Source: an uncultured Trueperaceae bacterium
GTDB lineage: Bacteria > Deinococcota > Deinococci > Deinococcales > Trueperaceae
Assembly (NCBI GenBank): GCA_963815215.1
Contig: CAWFFU010000003.1
Span: forward strand, 160,001-224,000
Length of the DNA: 64,000 nucleotides
Direction of reading: 5' to 3'
The position numbers and the translations under genes were made by a program. The notes under the pieces are model-generated. The model made no database searches. It worked only from the letters and a program-made list of their open reading frames with translations, and was not told where the DNA came from. Shown piece after piece: positions 26,235 through 35,379 of this stretch (the first letter of the stretch is position 1; the number at the start of each line of letters is the position of its first letter).

Positions 26235-26516
26235 ATGGCGCACACGCTTGACGACTCCACCATCGGCGAACGGCTGGGAGAGCTCGACGGTTGGCGTTTG
26301 CAGGGGGGCAAGCTCCGCCGGGAGTACCGCTTCGATGACTTCTCGGCGGCCTTCGGCTTCCTGAGCCGCGTGGCGCTGCTGGCCGAGAAGCGCAACCACC
26401 ACCCAGACATCTGGAACAGCTACCGACAGGTGGTCATCGAGCTGATGAGCCACGACGCCGGAGGCGTGACCGAGGCCGACCTGGAGATGGCGGCGGCCAT
26501 CCAGGCGCTGTCCTGA
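26235..26516 (+). CDS. Pterin-4-alpha-carbinolamine dehydratase
   Basis: AEKRNHHPDI, SHDAGGVTEAD signature; RBS AAGGGAG. Confidence 0.93.
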   Translation: MAHTLDDSTIGERLGELDGWRLQGGKLRREYRFDDFSAAFGFLSRVALLAEKRNHHPDIWNSYRQVVIELMSHDAGGVTEADLEMAAAIQALS

Positions 26517-26594
26517 TCAGGGGGCTTTGCCACCCGAGGTGCCACCGGAGGTCCCACCCGTGCTCGGCGCGGTGCCGTCCGACGGGGTGCCCGT

Positions 26595-26650
26595 CGTGCC
26601 CGTTCCCGGTGTCGTCGTTCCCGGTGTCGTGGTTCCCGGCGTAGGTGTTC
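26595..26650 (-). repeat. 15-bp coding repeats (TPGTT) in a Thr/Gly/Pro-rich tail
   Basis: + strand cccggtgtcgtcgtt / cccggtgtcgtggtt / cccggcgtaggtgtt. Confidence 0.7.
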
Positions 26651-27335
26651 CGGCGCCGTCCGCGCCGGTGGCGGACGGCGCCGTACCTGGAGCCGTCTTG
26701 GACGGCGGCGAGAAGGTGTAGGCCTGCTCCAGCAGGGCCAGATCCTTCCGGTCGACGCGGCCATCGCCGTTGAAGTCGGCCGGCATGTTCACGCCTTGCT
26801 TCCCGAACGCCTGCCCGAACAGCACCAGGTCGTAGAAGTCGACCGTGCCGTCGTGGTTCAGATCCTCGCGAGCGTACGTGCGCTGGGCCTGCAGGGTCTG
26901 CACGTCCGTGGCGGTGGGCGTGTCGGGCTCGCCGGTCGCGGGCACGGCGAACGCCATGACGCCGCGACCCCCCTCGGGCAGTCCGAGCAGGACGCCGACT
27001 TCGTGGAGGAGGACCATGGGATGCTTGGCGACCGCGCCGGACGCGACCCGGACCTCGACGCCGTTCTTGCCCGGGACACGCAGATCCAGCGACAGCGTGT
27101 CGGGACCGAGCTGGGCGGGAGCCGCGTAGCCTAGGCTGGAGGCCGCTTTGGCGTCGATCTGGAGCGCCACCAGATCAGGCGCCGCTTTCGTCCAGGCGTC
27201 GATGGCGGCCTTGAGATCGTCCTCCAGCGTGGAGGGGCCGCCGCTGGCGTCCACGGCAACCGTCCTGACCGGTGCGGCGGTCGGGACGGCGGACCCCGGC
27301 GCGCCGGCGGCGTCGGTCGGGGTACTCGGGGCAGT

Positions 27336-27426
27336 CTTCGGGGGCGTCGCTGCCGGGGGCGTCGCGGCCGGTGGGGTTGCGTGCCGGTGGGGTTGCTGTC
27401 GGTGGGGTGTCGGCCGGCGGCGTGGA
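27336..27426 (-). repeat. 15-bp coding tandem repeat (xTPPA), about 6 copies
   Basis: Minus strand encodes STPPA-DTPPT-ATPPA-[extra c]-ATPPA-ATPPA-ATPPK. Confidence 0.8.
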
Positions 27427-27506
27427 GGGGGCCGGCTGGGCCGAGACCGCCACGCCCAGCACGAAGATCAGCACCACTACCGTCCGGCGCACGCGGGCGA
27501 CCGGTC

Positions 27507-28178
27507 TCACGGCGTCCCCCCCGGTGTTCCCCCGGTCGTTCCGCCGGTCGTTCCAACCGCGCCGGAGAGTGCGTCGCGGATGGCCTTCACGATGCTGTCC
27601 AGTGGAGCTCCCGAGCCGCCCGCCACCAGGGTGCCGGCGCCGGACACCGACAGCACGGTGCCGTCTTCATCCTGCAGGCCCGCCGGCGTCACTCGCCACA
27701 GGCCCTGGCGGAACCCGACGATGGGTGAGGCGTACGACTGGTCGTAAGCGAACACCAGCACCTGCTCGCCGACCTTGAACTGCGGCATGCCGCTCACCGT
27801 GAGGGCCGGGCCGCCGGGGACTGCGCCGCCGAGGAAGGCGAGGTCGACGGGTCCCGTCGGCTGGCCCTGGGCGTCGACGGGCACCCCTTCGAGAGCCGTG
27901 TCGACGGTGAACCGCACGTGCGTCCAGGGCGTACCGCCGTCGTTGGCGACGCGAACGTCCTCGACGGTGCCGACGAACACCAGGCCCGCCCGCTCGAGCA
28001 TGGCCTGGGGAGTCAGCTGCAGGTAGGTGGTGGCGGAAGCGGGTGCTCCCGCGAGCAGCAATCCGAGCAGCGCCGCGGTCAGGCGCCATAGGGGTGCCGG
28101 CAGCGAACGGCGACTGGGGGTGCGGTTGCGGGAGGGGTGGTGGCCGGACGGGTGCCCGAAGCCGTGGCGTGAGCTCAC
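27507..28178 (-). CDS. Secreted protein, TIMP/NTR-like OB-fold candidate
   Basis: Signal peptide ending ASA|TT; 'LERAGLVFVGTVEDV', 'VRFTVDTALEG', 'MPQFKVGEQVLVFA'; GTGA overlaps with both neighbours. Confidence 0.75.
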   Translation of the reverse strand: MSSRHGFGHPSGHHPSRNRTPSRRSLPAPLWRLTAALLGLLLAGAPASATTYLQLTPQAMLERAGLVFVGTVEDVRVANDGGTPWTHVRFTVDTALEGVPVDAQGQPTGPVDLAFLGGAVPGGPALTVSGMPQFKVGEQVLVFAYDQSYASPIVGFRQGLWRVTPAGLQDEDGTVLSVSGAGTLVAGGSGAPLDSIVKAIRDALSGAVGTTGGTTGGTPGGTP

Positions 28179-29032
28179 GGTATCCCCTTGCCGGTACCCG
28201 GCAGGCCGGGGAAGCCGTTGCCCGGAACGGGCGCGGGGGCGGAGTCCGTCGTGCCCGCCGAGGAGGGGGAAGTGGCCGAAGCCGGCGGGCGCCCCTCACT
28301 GGTCTGTGCGAAGTCGTGACCCCCGCTCGACATGAACTCCGTCTCGGCATCGAGCTTCAGGTAGCTCGCGCCCGCCGTGGGCTGGAGGTCGAACTGGAAG
28401 AGGCCGGCCTCGCCGTCGAGGGTAGTGCCCAACGGTGCCAGCGCTACCTGGAGCTGCCCGTCGGACGCCTGTTCGAGCAGCGCCAGCCCCTGGCGGCTGG
28501 CCCGCACGCTGCCCTGGACCAGTTGGAAGCGCTTGGGGTCCCAACGGACTTGCGTGCGCAGCCCTTCGAATCCGCGAGCATTGCGCAGCTGCACGCGCAG
28601 CGTGATGCGGTGGTCGACCTCGGTGTTGGGCGCATTGAAGGTCACGCTCGGGGGCGGCAGCTCGGACACCGTCAGCGTGTACTTCTGCACCGTCTTCGAG
28701 AGATTGGCGTCGGTGACCTGCAGCGAGAAGCTGTATCGACCGGTCTTGCTAGGGCTTCCGCGCAGGGTTCCGCCCTGCAGCTGGATCCCCGGCGGCAGCT
28801 GCCCGTCGGCGAGCGCGAAGTCGTAGGGTCGCAGGCCACCTGTGGCCTGAACCGGTTCGTTGTAGGGCTCCGCGAGGTAGGCCTGCGGCAGGGAGGTCCC
28901 GAGGATCCGCAGCGCCTCGCCCGGGGTGTTGAGGTCGCCCGTGCAGCCGCTCAGGAGCAACGCCGTCGTCAGCGCGGCCACGAGCACTGTCGGTGCCCTG
29001 GTCCAGCGAACGGTCCGGTAGGCTCCCTGCAT
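28175..29032 (-). CDS. Lipoprotein with putative Ig (He_PIG) domain and cohesin-like domain
   Basis: Lipobox LSGC; 'LPQAYLAEPY..ATGG..PY..GQLPPGIQL..GTLRGSP..GRYSFSLQVTD' (He_PIG); 'ITLRVQLRN..GLRTQVRWDPKRFQL...LFQFDL' (cohesin-like). Confidence 0.8.
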   Translation of the reverse strand: MQGAYRTVRWTRAPTVLVAALTTALLLSGCTGDLNTPGEALRILGTSLPQAYLAEPYNEPVQATGGLRPYDFALADGQLPPGIQLQGGTLRGSPSKTGRYSFSLQVTDANLSKTVQKYTLTVSELPPPSVTFNAPNTEVDHRITLRVQLRNARGFEGLRTQVRWDPKRFQLVQGSVRASRQGLALLEQASDGQLQVALAPLGTTLDGEAGLFQFDLQPTAGASYLKLDAETEFMSSGGHDFAQTSEGRPPASATSPSSAGTTDSAPAPVPGNGFPGLPGTGKGIP

Positions 29033-29314
29033 GCGCGGCGTGGCGATCGGCTCCTCTCGGGTTCGGGCTCGTTGACGGCCGATGACAGGGATTGTACCCG
29101 CGCGACCCGCCGACCGGCAATGGAGTGCCCACGGTTGAGGCGTCGGTGACGCTATCAGCGTCCCTCGAAGGACGTCTGGCGCGCGACACGCGTGCTAAGC
29201 TCCGAAGAACCACGAGGAAGCGCGTGGGTCCGGTTGCGGCCCCGCGCGGCGACGCCGCGTCCCGGGGGCGGAGCGGCGTGATCGGCGTCCAGAGTCCCCC
29301 GGGAGGGCGAGACC

Positions 29315-32300
29315 GTGAAGCCATGCAATGACATCCGCCGCCTGGGGCGTGCCGGAGCCGCGGGGCTGTGGACGCGTCATCTCCATGTGGCGCTGGAGGC
29401 GCGGCGACGCTACCGCATCGAGGGCGAGCTGTTCGGGGTGCGCGGACGGCTGATGTTCGGCGATCTGGCGACGGCCCACCAGCTGGCGGCACGGATGAAT
29501 AAGGTCCGCGATTCGGAGCGCTACCCCGAGCTGGCGCTCGGCGGCAGCGAACTGTACGGAGCGGCGCTGCTGCACGAGCTGATGCACGCGCTGGTGCAGG
29601 TGGCGTCCGAGCGGTCGGGCGGGAGCGTGGTGGATCGCGCCGCGGACGGTCTCGAGTCGGCCCTCGGCGCTCAGGCGCTGGCGTCGACTCTGCTGGCGTT
29701 CGTCGAGCGCTTCCCGGCGCCCGTCGTGGCGGACGGTTGGGAGGATGCTGCGCGTTACCTGGCGGGATCGACGGAGGAGACCCCCAATCGCGCTGTCGTG
29801 CTGGAGGAGGCGTTGCTGCTATGGCTGGCGAACGCCAACCCGGCACTGGAACGCCTGCAGGAGCTCTTCGACGACGCGCCCCTGCGGCGCACGAGCGATT
29901 ACCCCCGAGCGCTGTCCCTACTGGAGGAAGGCCTGCGCGAGCACGGGCCCGCGCTCGCCGGCGGCATGTCGTTGATCGACCTGCTGTGGGCGCCGCAACG
30001 TCACAGCCCGACCTCGCTCGAAGGGCAGCTCAGGGTGGCCGAGGAGATGTGGGGGACGGTGCTGGGTGAGCGCTTCTCAGGCCTGCTGGCACGGCTCTTA
30101 CGCTCGCTCGACGCCCTCGGCGAGGCCCGAGGGCGCGGCCCGGGGGGCCCCGGGCCGGCGCCGATCCTCGACGCCGAAACGCTCGCGCGGCCGGGTGAGG
30201 TCGAGGCCTTCAGCCCCGACAGCGACTGGATGCCCCGTGTGGTGCTGATCGCGAAGAGCACGTACGTGTGGCTCTCCCAGCTGGAGCGCCGCTTCGGCCG
30301 TGAGGTCAGGCGGCTCGATCAGATCCCCGACGAGGCCCTCGACGAGCTTGCCGCCCACGGGTTCAACGGTCTGTGGCTGATCGGCCTATGGGAGCGCAGC
30401 GAAGCTTCGCGCCGCATCAAACAGCGCCGCGGCCAGGCCGACGCGCTCGCCAGCGCCTATGCGCTGTACGACTATGTGGTCGCCGACGATCTGGGTGGCG
30501 AAGCGGCGCTGCGCGATCTCGAGGGGCGGGCGGCCAGCCGGGGCATCCGCTTGGCCGGTGACATGGTTCCCAACCACGTCGGCATCGACGGCAAGTGGGT
30601 CGCCGAGAATCCGGACTGGTTCATCCAGCTCGATCACCCGCCCTACCCGGGCTACCGCTTCGACGGTCCGGATCTGTCGTCCAATCCCGCCATGGCCGTG
30701 ATGATCGAGGACCACTATTGGGACGACAGCGATGCCGCGGTAGTGTTCAAACGTGTCGACCGCGCCGGCGGCGAGGCGCGCTACATCTACCACGGCAACG
30801 ACGGCACCACCATGCCGTGGAACGACACCGCGCAGCTCGACTACCTCAAGCCGGAGGTGCGTGAGGCTGTCATCCAGACCGTCCTCCACGTCGCACGGAC
30901 GGTGCCGATCATCCGCTTCGACGCCGCCATGACGCTCGCCAAGCGGCATATCCAGCGGCTCTGGTATCCGCCCCCCGGGCACGGTGGCGCCATCCCCTCG
31001 CGCAGCGCCTACGGAGGCATGAGTGCCGAGGCGTTCGAGCGCAGCATGCCGGTCGAGTTCTGGCGAGAGGTCGTGGACCGGGTCGCGCGCGAGGCTCCCG
31101 GCACGCTCCTGCTCGCCGAGGCGTTCTGGATGATGGAGGGTTACTTCGTCCGGACCCTCGGGATGCACCGGGTGTACAACAGCGCGTTCATGAACATGCT
31201 GAAACGCGAGGAGAACGCGGACTATCGATTGTTGATGAAGAACGTGCTGGCGTTCGATCCGCGCATCCTGGGCCGTTTCGTCAACTTCATGAACAACCCC
31301 GACGAGGAGACCGCCATCGCGCAGTTCGGGGACGGCGACAAGTACTTCGGTGCCGCGGTGATGATGGCCACGCTGCCCGGCCTGCCGATGTTCGGGCACG
31401 GTCAGGTGGAGGGCTTCCGCGAGAAGTACGGCATGGAGTACCGTGCGCCGACGTTCGACGAGGAAGCGGACGAACGCATGGTGCAACGCCACCGGCGAGA
31501 GATCGCACCCCTGCTCCATCGGCGCTCCCAGTTCGCCCCTGCCGAGACCTTCCGGCTGTACGACGTCTTCGGGGACGACGGGTCGGTGCGCGAGGACGTC
31601 TACGCCTATAGCAACCGCGCCGCGGGCGGCGCCTCGCTGATCCTGTTCAACAACCGCTACCCGCGCAGCGACGGCACCATCCACCGCAGCGTCCCCTTCG
31701 CCGAGCCCTGGTCGAACGGCTCCATGCGTGACGAGGCGATCCACGAGGCGCTCGGCATCGCAGGGGGCGAGCAACGCTTCACCGTCCTGCGGGAGCGGCT
31801 CGCCGGCCTCGACTACCTGCATCGCTCCGACGACCTGATCCGGCAGGGATTGCGCTTCAGCCTCGACGGCTTCCAATCGCGTGCGTTCACCGAGATCCGG
31901 GAGGTGCGTGACGAGGACGGCAGCTACGCCGGACTCCATGCCCAGCTCGCCGGGGCCGGCGTTCCCGACGTGGACGAGGCCCGGCTCGATTGGTCGTTGC
32001 GCCGGCCGCGCGCCGCCTTCTTGGCGCTGCTGGCAGCGGCGAGGGACGGCGACGACGTGGCCGCGTCGGCGCTCGCCTTCGTCGCCGCGGCGCGCGAGCA
32101 CGTGGAGGTGGCGCCCGTCAGGCAGGTGCTCTCTGGGAAGACCGGACGCCCGCCGTCGAGTGCCGGACCCACGGACGGGCGTGCGCCCGACGACGAGCTG
32201 ACGCAGGCCGCTTCCGAAGCGGCGGCGGCGGAGGCGTTGCGCAGGGCACTGATGGGGACGGCGCTCACGGGGACGGCGGCGACGGGGACGGGCGCGACCA

Positions 32301-32995
32301 CGGGCCCGGAGCGCACCGCCACGCCATCGCGCGCTGCCGGCGCCGGCAGCGAGGGAGCACCGGCCGGCGAAAGACCCGCCGCCGCGGGACCCTCCGTCGC
32401 CGACGCCGCGGCGCGGGCGCTCGAGCGCTGCGACGTGGCGCCTGTCGAGGCCGCCGGGTCGGGCGTTGCCGTTGCGCTACGCGCGGCGCTGGCGCTGGCG
32501 GCGTTGGACGGGGGCGAGCGACTCTACGCGTCGTTGCGGCTACGGGGCGCCTTGGAGCGTGCGTTGGCGGACGGCAGCGTGGCCGACCCCTGGGCGGCAT
32601 CGCGCCTGCCGGTGGTGCTGCTTCGGCTGGGGGCCGGCGGGGCGTCTCTCGATGCGGCGTCGCTGCTCGGCAACGTTGCCCACGACACCGTGGCTCAGGA
32701 GTTCCTGGACGTACACGAGCACGGCGGCGAGCGCTGGTTCAGTCAGGAACGGTATCGGCTTCTGGTCGCCGGCGCGCGGGGCTTCGCGGCCGCCTCCGGT
32801 GTCGGCGTGGCGGACCTGGCGACTCTGCTTCACGAGCTCGAGCACGCAGAGCGGCGCAGCGGCTACCGCTTCGACCGCCTCGACGGAGGGCCGGAGGAGC
32901 TCGGCGCGGGGGCGGCCACCGGTGCCGGACGCAAGCGGCCCGGGCGCGGCACGCTCGATGACGGGTCGAACGACGAGCCACCGGACGGCGATTGA
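29315..32995 (+). CDS. Large alpha-amylase family (GH13) glycoside hydrolase
   Basis: GLWLIGLWE, DMVPNH (region I), IRFDAAM (II), LAEAFW (III), FMNNPDEE (IV), TLPGLPMFGHGQ. Start codon uncertain. Confidence 0.88.
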   Translation: MKPCNDIRRLGRAGAAGLWTRHLHVALEARRRYRIEGELFGVRGRLMFGDLATAHQLAARMNKVRDSERYPELALGGSELYGAALLHELMHALVQVASERSGGSVVDRAADGLESALGAQALASTLLAFVERFPAPVVADGWEDAARYLAGSTEETPNRAVVLEEALLLWLANANPALERLQELFDDAPLRRTSDYPRALSLLEEGLREHGPALAGGMSLIDLLWAPQRHSPTSLEGQLRVAEEMWGTVLGERFSGLLARLLRSLDALGEARGRGPGGPGPAPILDAETLARPGEVEAFSPDSDWMPRVVLIAKSTYVWLSQLERRFGREVRRLDQIPDEALDELAAHGFNGLWLIGLWERSEASRRIKQRRGQADALASAYALYDYVVADDLGGEAALRDLEGRAASRGIRLAGDMVPNHVGIDGKWVAENPDWFIQLDHPPYPGYRFDGPDLSSNPAMAVMIEDHYWDDSDAAVVFKRVDRAGGEARYIYHGNDGTTMPWNDTAQLDYLKPEVREAVIQTVLHVARTVPIIRFDAAMTLAKRHIQRLWYPPPGHGGAIPSRSAYGGMSAEAFERSMPVEFWREVVDRVAREAPGTLLLAEAFWMMEGYFVRTLGMHRVYNSAFMNMLKREENADYRLLMKNVLAFDPRILGRFVNFMNNPDEETAIAQFGDGDKYFGAAVMMATLPGLPMFGHGQVEGFREKYGMEYRAPTFDEEADERMVQRHRREIAPLLHRRSQFAPAETFRLYDVFGDDGSVREDVYAYSNRAAGGASLILFNNRYPRSDGTIHRSVPFAEPWSNGSMRDEAIHEALGIAGGEQRFTVLRERLAGLDYLHRSDDLIRQGLRFSLDGFQSRAFTEIREVRDEDGSYAGLHAQLAGAGVPDVDEARLDWSLRRPRAAFLALLAAARDGDDVAASALAFVAAAREHVEVAPVRQVLSGKTGRPPSSAGPTDGRAPDDELTQAASEAAAAEALRRALMGTALTGTAATGTGATTGPERTATPSRAAGAGSEGAPAGERPAAAGPSVADAAARALERCDVAPVEAAGSGVAVALRAALALAALDGGERLYASLRLRGALERALADGSVADPWAASRLPVVLLRLGAGGASLDAASLLGNVAHDTVAQEFLDVHEHGGERWFSQERYRLLVAGARGFAAASGVGVADLATLLHELEHAERRSGYRFDRLDGGPEELGAGAATGAGRKRPGRGTLDDGSNDEPPDGD

Positions 32996-33063
32996 CGGGA
33001 GGGCGCCGCGCACGACCGACCCGGGTCGCCTGAGGGCGTGGCGCGCCCGTTCGCCGACCGGGC

Positions 33064-33597
33064 TCAGGGCTCGATCAGCGAGGACAGCCGGCGGCTGTGG
33101 AGATGGGTGAGGGCCAGGGCCAGGGCGTCGGCGGCGTGGTGGTTGGTCACGGCCTTGTCCAGGCCCAGCAGCGCCCGCACCATGAACCCCACCTGCGCCT
33201 TCTGGGCACGGCCGGTCCCGACCAGTGCCTGCTTCACCTGCATGGGCCCGTACTCGTGGACGGGCACGTGCCGCTCGGCCGCCGCCAGCAACACCACGCC
33301 GTAGGCCTGGCCAACACGGAACGACACGTCACGCTGCTGGTGGAAGAACTGCCCCTCGATCGCCAGCGCGTCCGGGTGGTAGGCATCGAGGAAGGCGGCG
33401 ACGGCGTCCCGGAGGATCAGCAGGCGTTCGGCCTGAGGATCGCTGGACCGCGTGCGAACGACCTCGGAAGCGAGGAGGCGGGCGCCGGGCCGCACCTCCT
33501 CGATCGCACCGAGGCCGAGGTTCGCGATGCCGGGGTCGACGCCCACCACGCGGTAGGGACGACCCCGGGCGGCGGAACGGTCAGCGTTGTCGGGCAT
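33064..33597 (-). CDS. ruvC: Holliday junction resolvase
   Basis: VGVDPG, AIEGQFF, YGPMQVKQALVGTGRAQKAQV, HAADALALA. Confidence 0.95.
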   Translation of the reverse strand: MPDNADRSAARGRPYRVVGVDPGIANLGLGAIEEVRPGARLLASEVVRTRSSDPQAERLLILRDAVAAFLDAYHPDALAIEGQFFHQQRDVSFRVGQAYGVVLLAAAERHVPVHEYGPMQVKQALVGTGRAQKAQVGFMVRALLGLDKAVTNHHAADALALALTHLHSRRLSSLIEP

Positions 33598-33621
33598 GGC
33601 GGGCGTGCTGGGACGCCCGGC

Positions 33622-34962
33622 TCAGTACTCGGCGAGGTACTTGTCGAGCTCCCAGTCGTGGACGGCGATCCGGTAGTCATCGAACTCATGCGTCTTGGCT
33701 TCGATGAAGTGCTCGAAGGCGTGCTCGCCGAGCGCTTCGACCATGGTCCGGTCCTTCTGCAGGGCGAGGAGCGCCTCGCGCAAGGTCCCGGGGAGTTCCT
33801 TGATCTTGTGGCGGCGGCGGTCGCGCACGCTCATCTCGAAGATGTTCCGCTGGATGGCGGGAGGCGGCGTCAGATCTCGTTCGATGCCATCCCGACCGGC
33901 CGCCAGCATCACGGCCAGCGCCAGGTAGGGGTTGCACGACGGGTCGGGCATCCGCAGCTCGCTGCGCGTGCCAAGGCCGCGGCGCGCCGGGATGCGGATC
34001 ATCGCGCTGCGGTTGGAGGCCGACCAGGCGATGTTGGTGGGCGCCTCGAAACCGGGTGTCAGGCGCTTATAGCTGTTCACGGTCGGGTTGGTGATCGCTA
34101 CCATGCCAGCGGCGTGCTCGAGCAGCCCGGCGATCCAGTTGAGCGCCGTGCGGGACAGCTGGTACTCGGCCTTCTCGTCGAAGAAGGCGTTCTTCCCGTC
34201 CTTGAACACCGACAGGTGGGTATGCATCCCCGAACCGTTGATGCCGGCCACTGGCTTGGGCATGAAGGTCGCGTGCAGGCCGTGATTGAGGGCGATGCGC
34301 TTGACCACCGTGCGGAACGTCGCGATGGCGTCCGCGGTGCGCAGGGCCTCGTCGTACTTGAAGTCGATCTCGTGCTGCCCGGGTGCCACTTCGTGGTGGG
34401 CGGCCTCGATCTCGAAGCCCATCTCGACCAGCGCGTTCACCATGTCGCGGCGCGCTTCCTCGCCAAGGTCCACCGGCGCCAGATCGAAATAGCCGGCCTT
34501 GTCGTGTGTGATGGTGGTGGGGGTTCCGTCGCCGTCGCGCAGGAACAGGAAGAACTCGGGCTCGGGACCGGCGTACATGTCGTCGAAGCCGAGCTTCTTG
34601 AGCTTGTCGATCTCGCGTTGCAGGATGGTCCGCGGGTCGCCGTCGAAGGGCGTGCCGTCGGGCAGCTTGATATTGCAGATGAGGCGCGCCACGGTTCCGC
34701 GCTCGGCGCCTTCGATGATGTCGGGGAAGATGAGGAAGGTCTCGAAGTCTGGGTCGAGAAGCATGTCCGACTCCTCGATGCGCGTGAAGCCCTGCACCGA
34801 CGATCCGTCGAACATGATCTCGCCGTCGAGCGCCTTGTCGAACTGCGAGGCGGGGAGCTCGACGTTCTTGTTGTGCCCCAGGATGTCGGTGAACTGGAGG
34901 CGCAGGAACTTGACGTCCTGTTCCTTGAGACGCTTCTGGATCTCGCTCTTGGTGATGGGCAC
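33622..34962 (-). CDS. glnA: Glutamine synthetase type I
   Basis: [56 protein letters not shown] start with GAGGAGG. Confidence 0.98.
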   Translation of the reverse strand: MPITKSEIQKRLKEQDVKFLRLQFTDILGHNKNVELPASQFDKALDGEIMFDGSSVQGFTRIEESDMLLDPDFETFLIFPDIIEGAERGTVARLICNIKLPDGTPFDGDPRTILQREIDKLKKLGFDDMYAGPEPEFFLFLRDGDGTPTTITHDKAGYFDLAPVDLGEEARRDMVNALVEMGFEIEAAHHEVAPGQHEIDFKYDEALRTADAIATFRTVVKRIALNHGLHATFMPKPVAGINGSGMHTHLSVFKDGKNAFFDEKAEYQLSRTALNWIAGLLEHAAGMVAITNPTVNSYKRLTPGFEAPTNIAWSASNRSAMIRIPARRGLGTRSELRMPDPSCNPYLALAVMLAAGRDGIERDLTPPPAIQRNIFEMSVRDRRRHKIKELPGTLREALLALQKDRTMVEALGEHAFEHFIEAKTHEFDDYRIAVHDWELDKYLAEY

Positions 34963-35312
34963 GCGTTGTCCTCCTCGGGATGGTAGCTACGTGGTGAACG
35001 GGTGTGATGGCGCCCGCCTGTCTCCTTCGGAACGCTACCACGGAGGCGGGGGATCCGTGATCGCTGGTGCGGCTTTCGATGTGCACTGGGTCGTCTGGCG
35101 CCGATCATCGGGCCGGAATCCGGCGCCGGGGTGACCGGACGTCAGGCAGAACGGGCGCGTTGGGCGCCAAAGGGTTCGGTGGGCTCGAGGTCGACCCTCT
35201 CGGCTCCGGGCTCGCGGCCCGACTCGATGAACGCGCAGGCTGTCATCGCAATACTCCTCATCCGTCAACTTCTATGCTAACACCTGGCATGAGTGGAGCA
35301 CATAGTGTGCAA

Positions 35313-35379
35313 AGCGTAGCCCGAAAGTGCGCGTATCGTCAATCATAGCTTGACCACGCGACATCGCGAGGGGTATCCT
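35313..35379. promoter_or_regulatory. Back-to-back divergent promoters for glnA (-) and the liv operon (+)
   Basis: Minus: TTGACG 35342-35337, 18 nt, TACGCT 35318-35313. Plus: TTGACC 35350-35355, 18 nt, TATCCT 35374-35379. Confidence 0.55.

Larger units (their letters stand above)
26517..27510 (-). pseudogene. Secreted degenerate matrixin-like + dockerin-like protein, frameshifted at ~27381 (genuine lesion or sequence error)
   Basis: The signal-peptide frame (27510, MRPVARVRRTVVVLIFVLGVAVSA) joins the 26517-27254 frame if base 27381 is removed. The downstream part has HEVGVLLGL, Met-turn-like GVMA and two DxNxDG.VD..DL repeats. Confidence 0.75.

Noticed and set aside
28100..28178. Tat signal (SRRSL) in the TIMP-like protein
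   Set aside because: Poor match to S/T-R-R-x-F-L-K; Arg pairs are common by chance at this GC content.
26517..32995. True cellulosome including the adjacent GH13
   Set aside because: Only one cohesin-like domain, no cellulase or CBM seen, and the GH13 has neither a signal peptide nor a dockerin.
35337..35355. GlnR/TnrA box upstream of glnA
   Set aside because: The spacing does not fit TGTNA-N7-TNACA; two opposed -35 hexamers explain it better.
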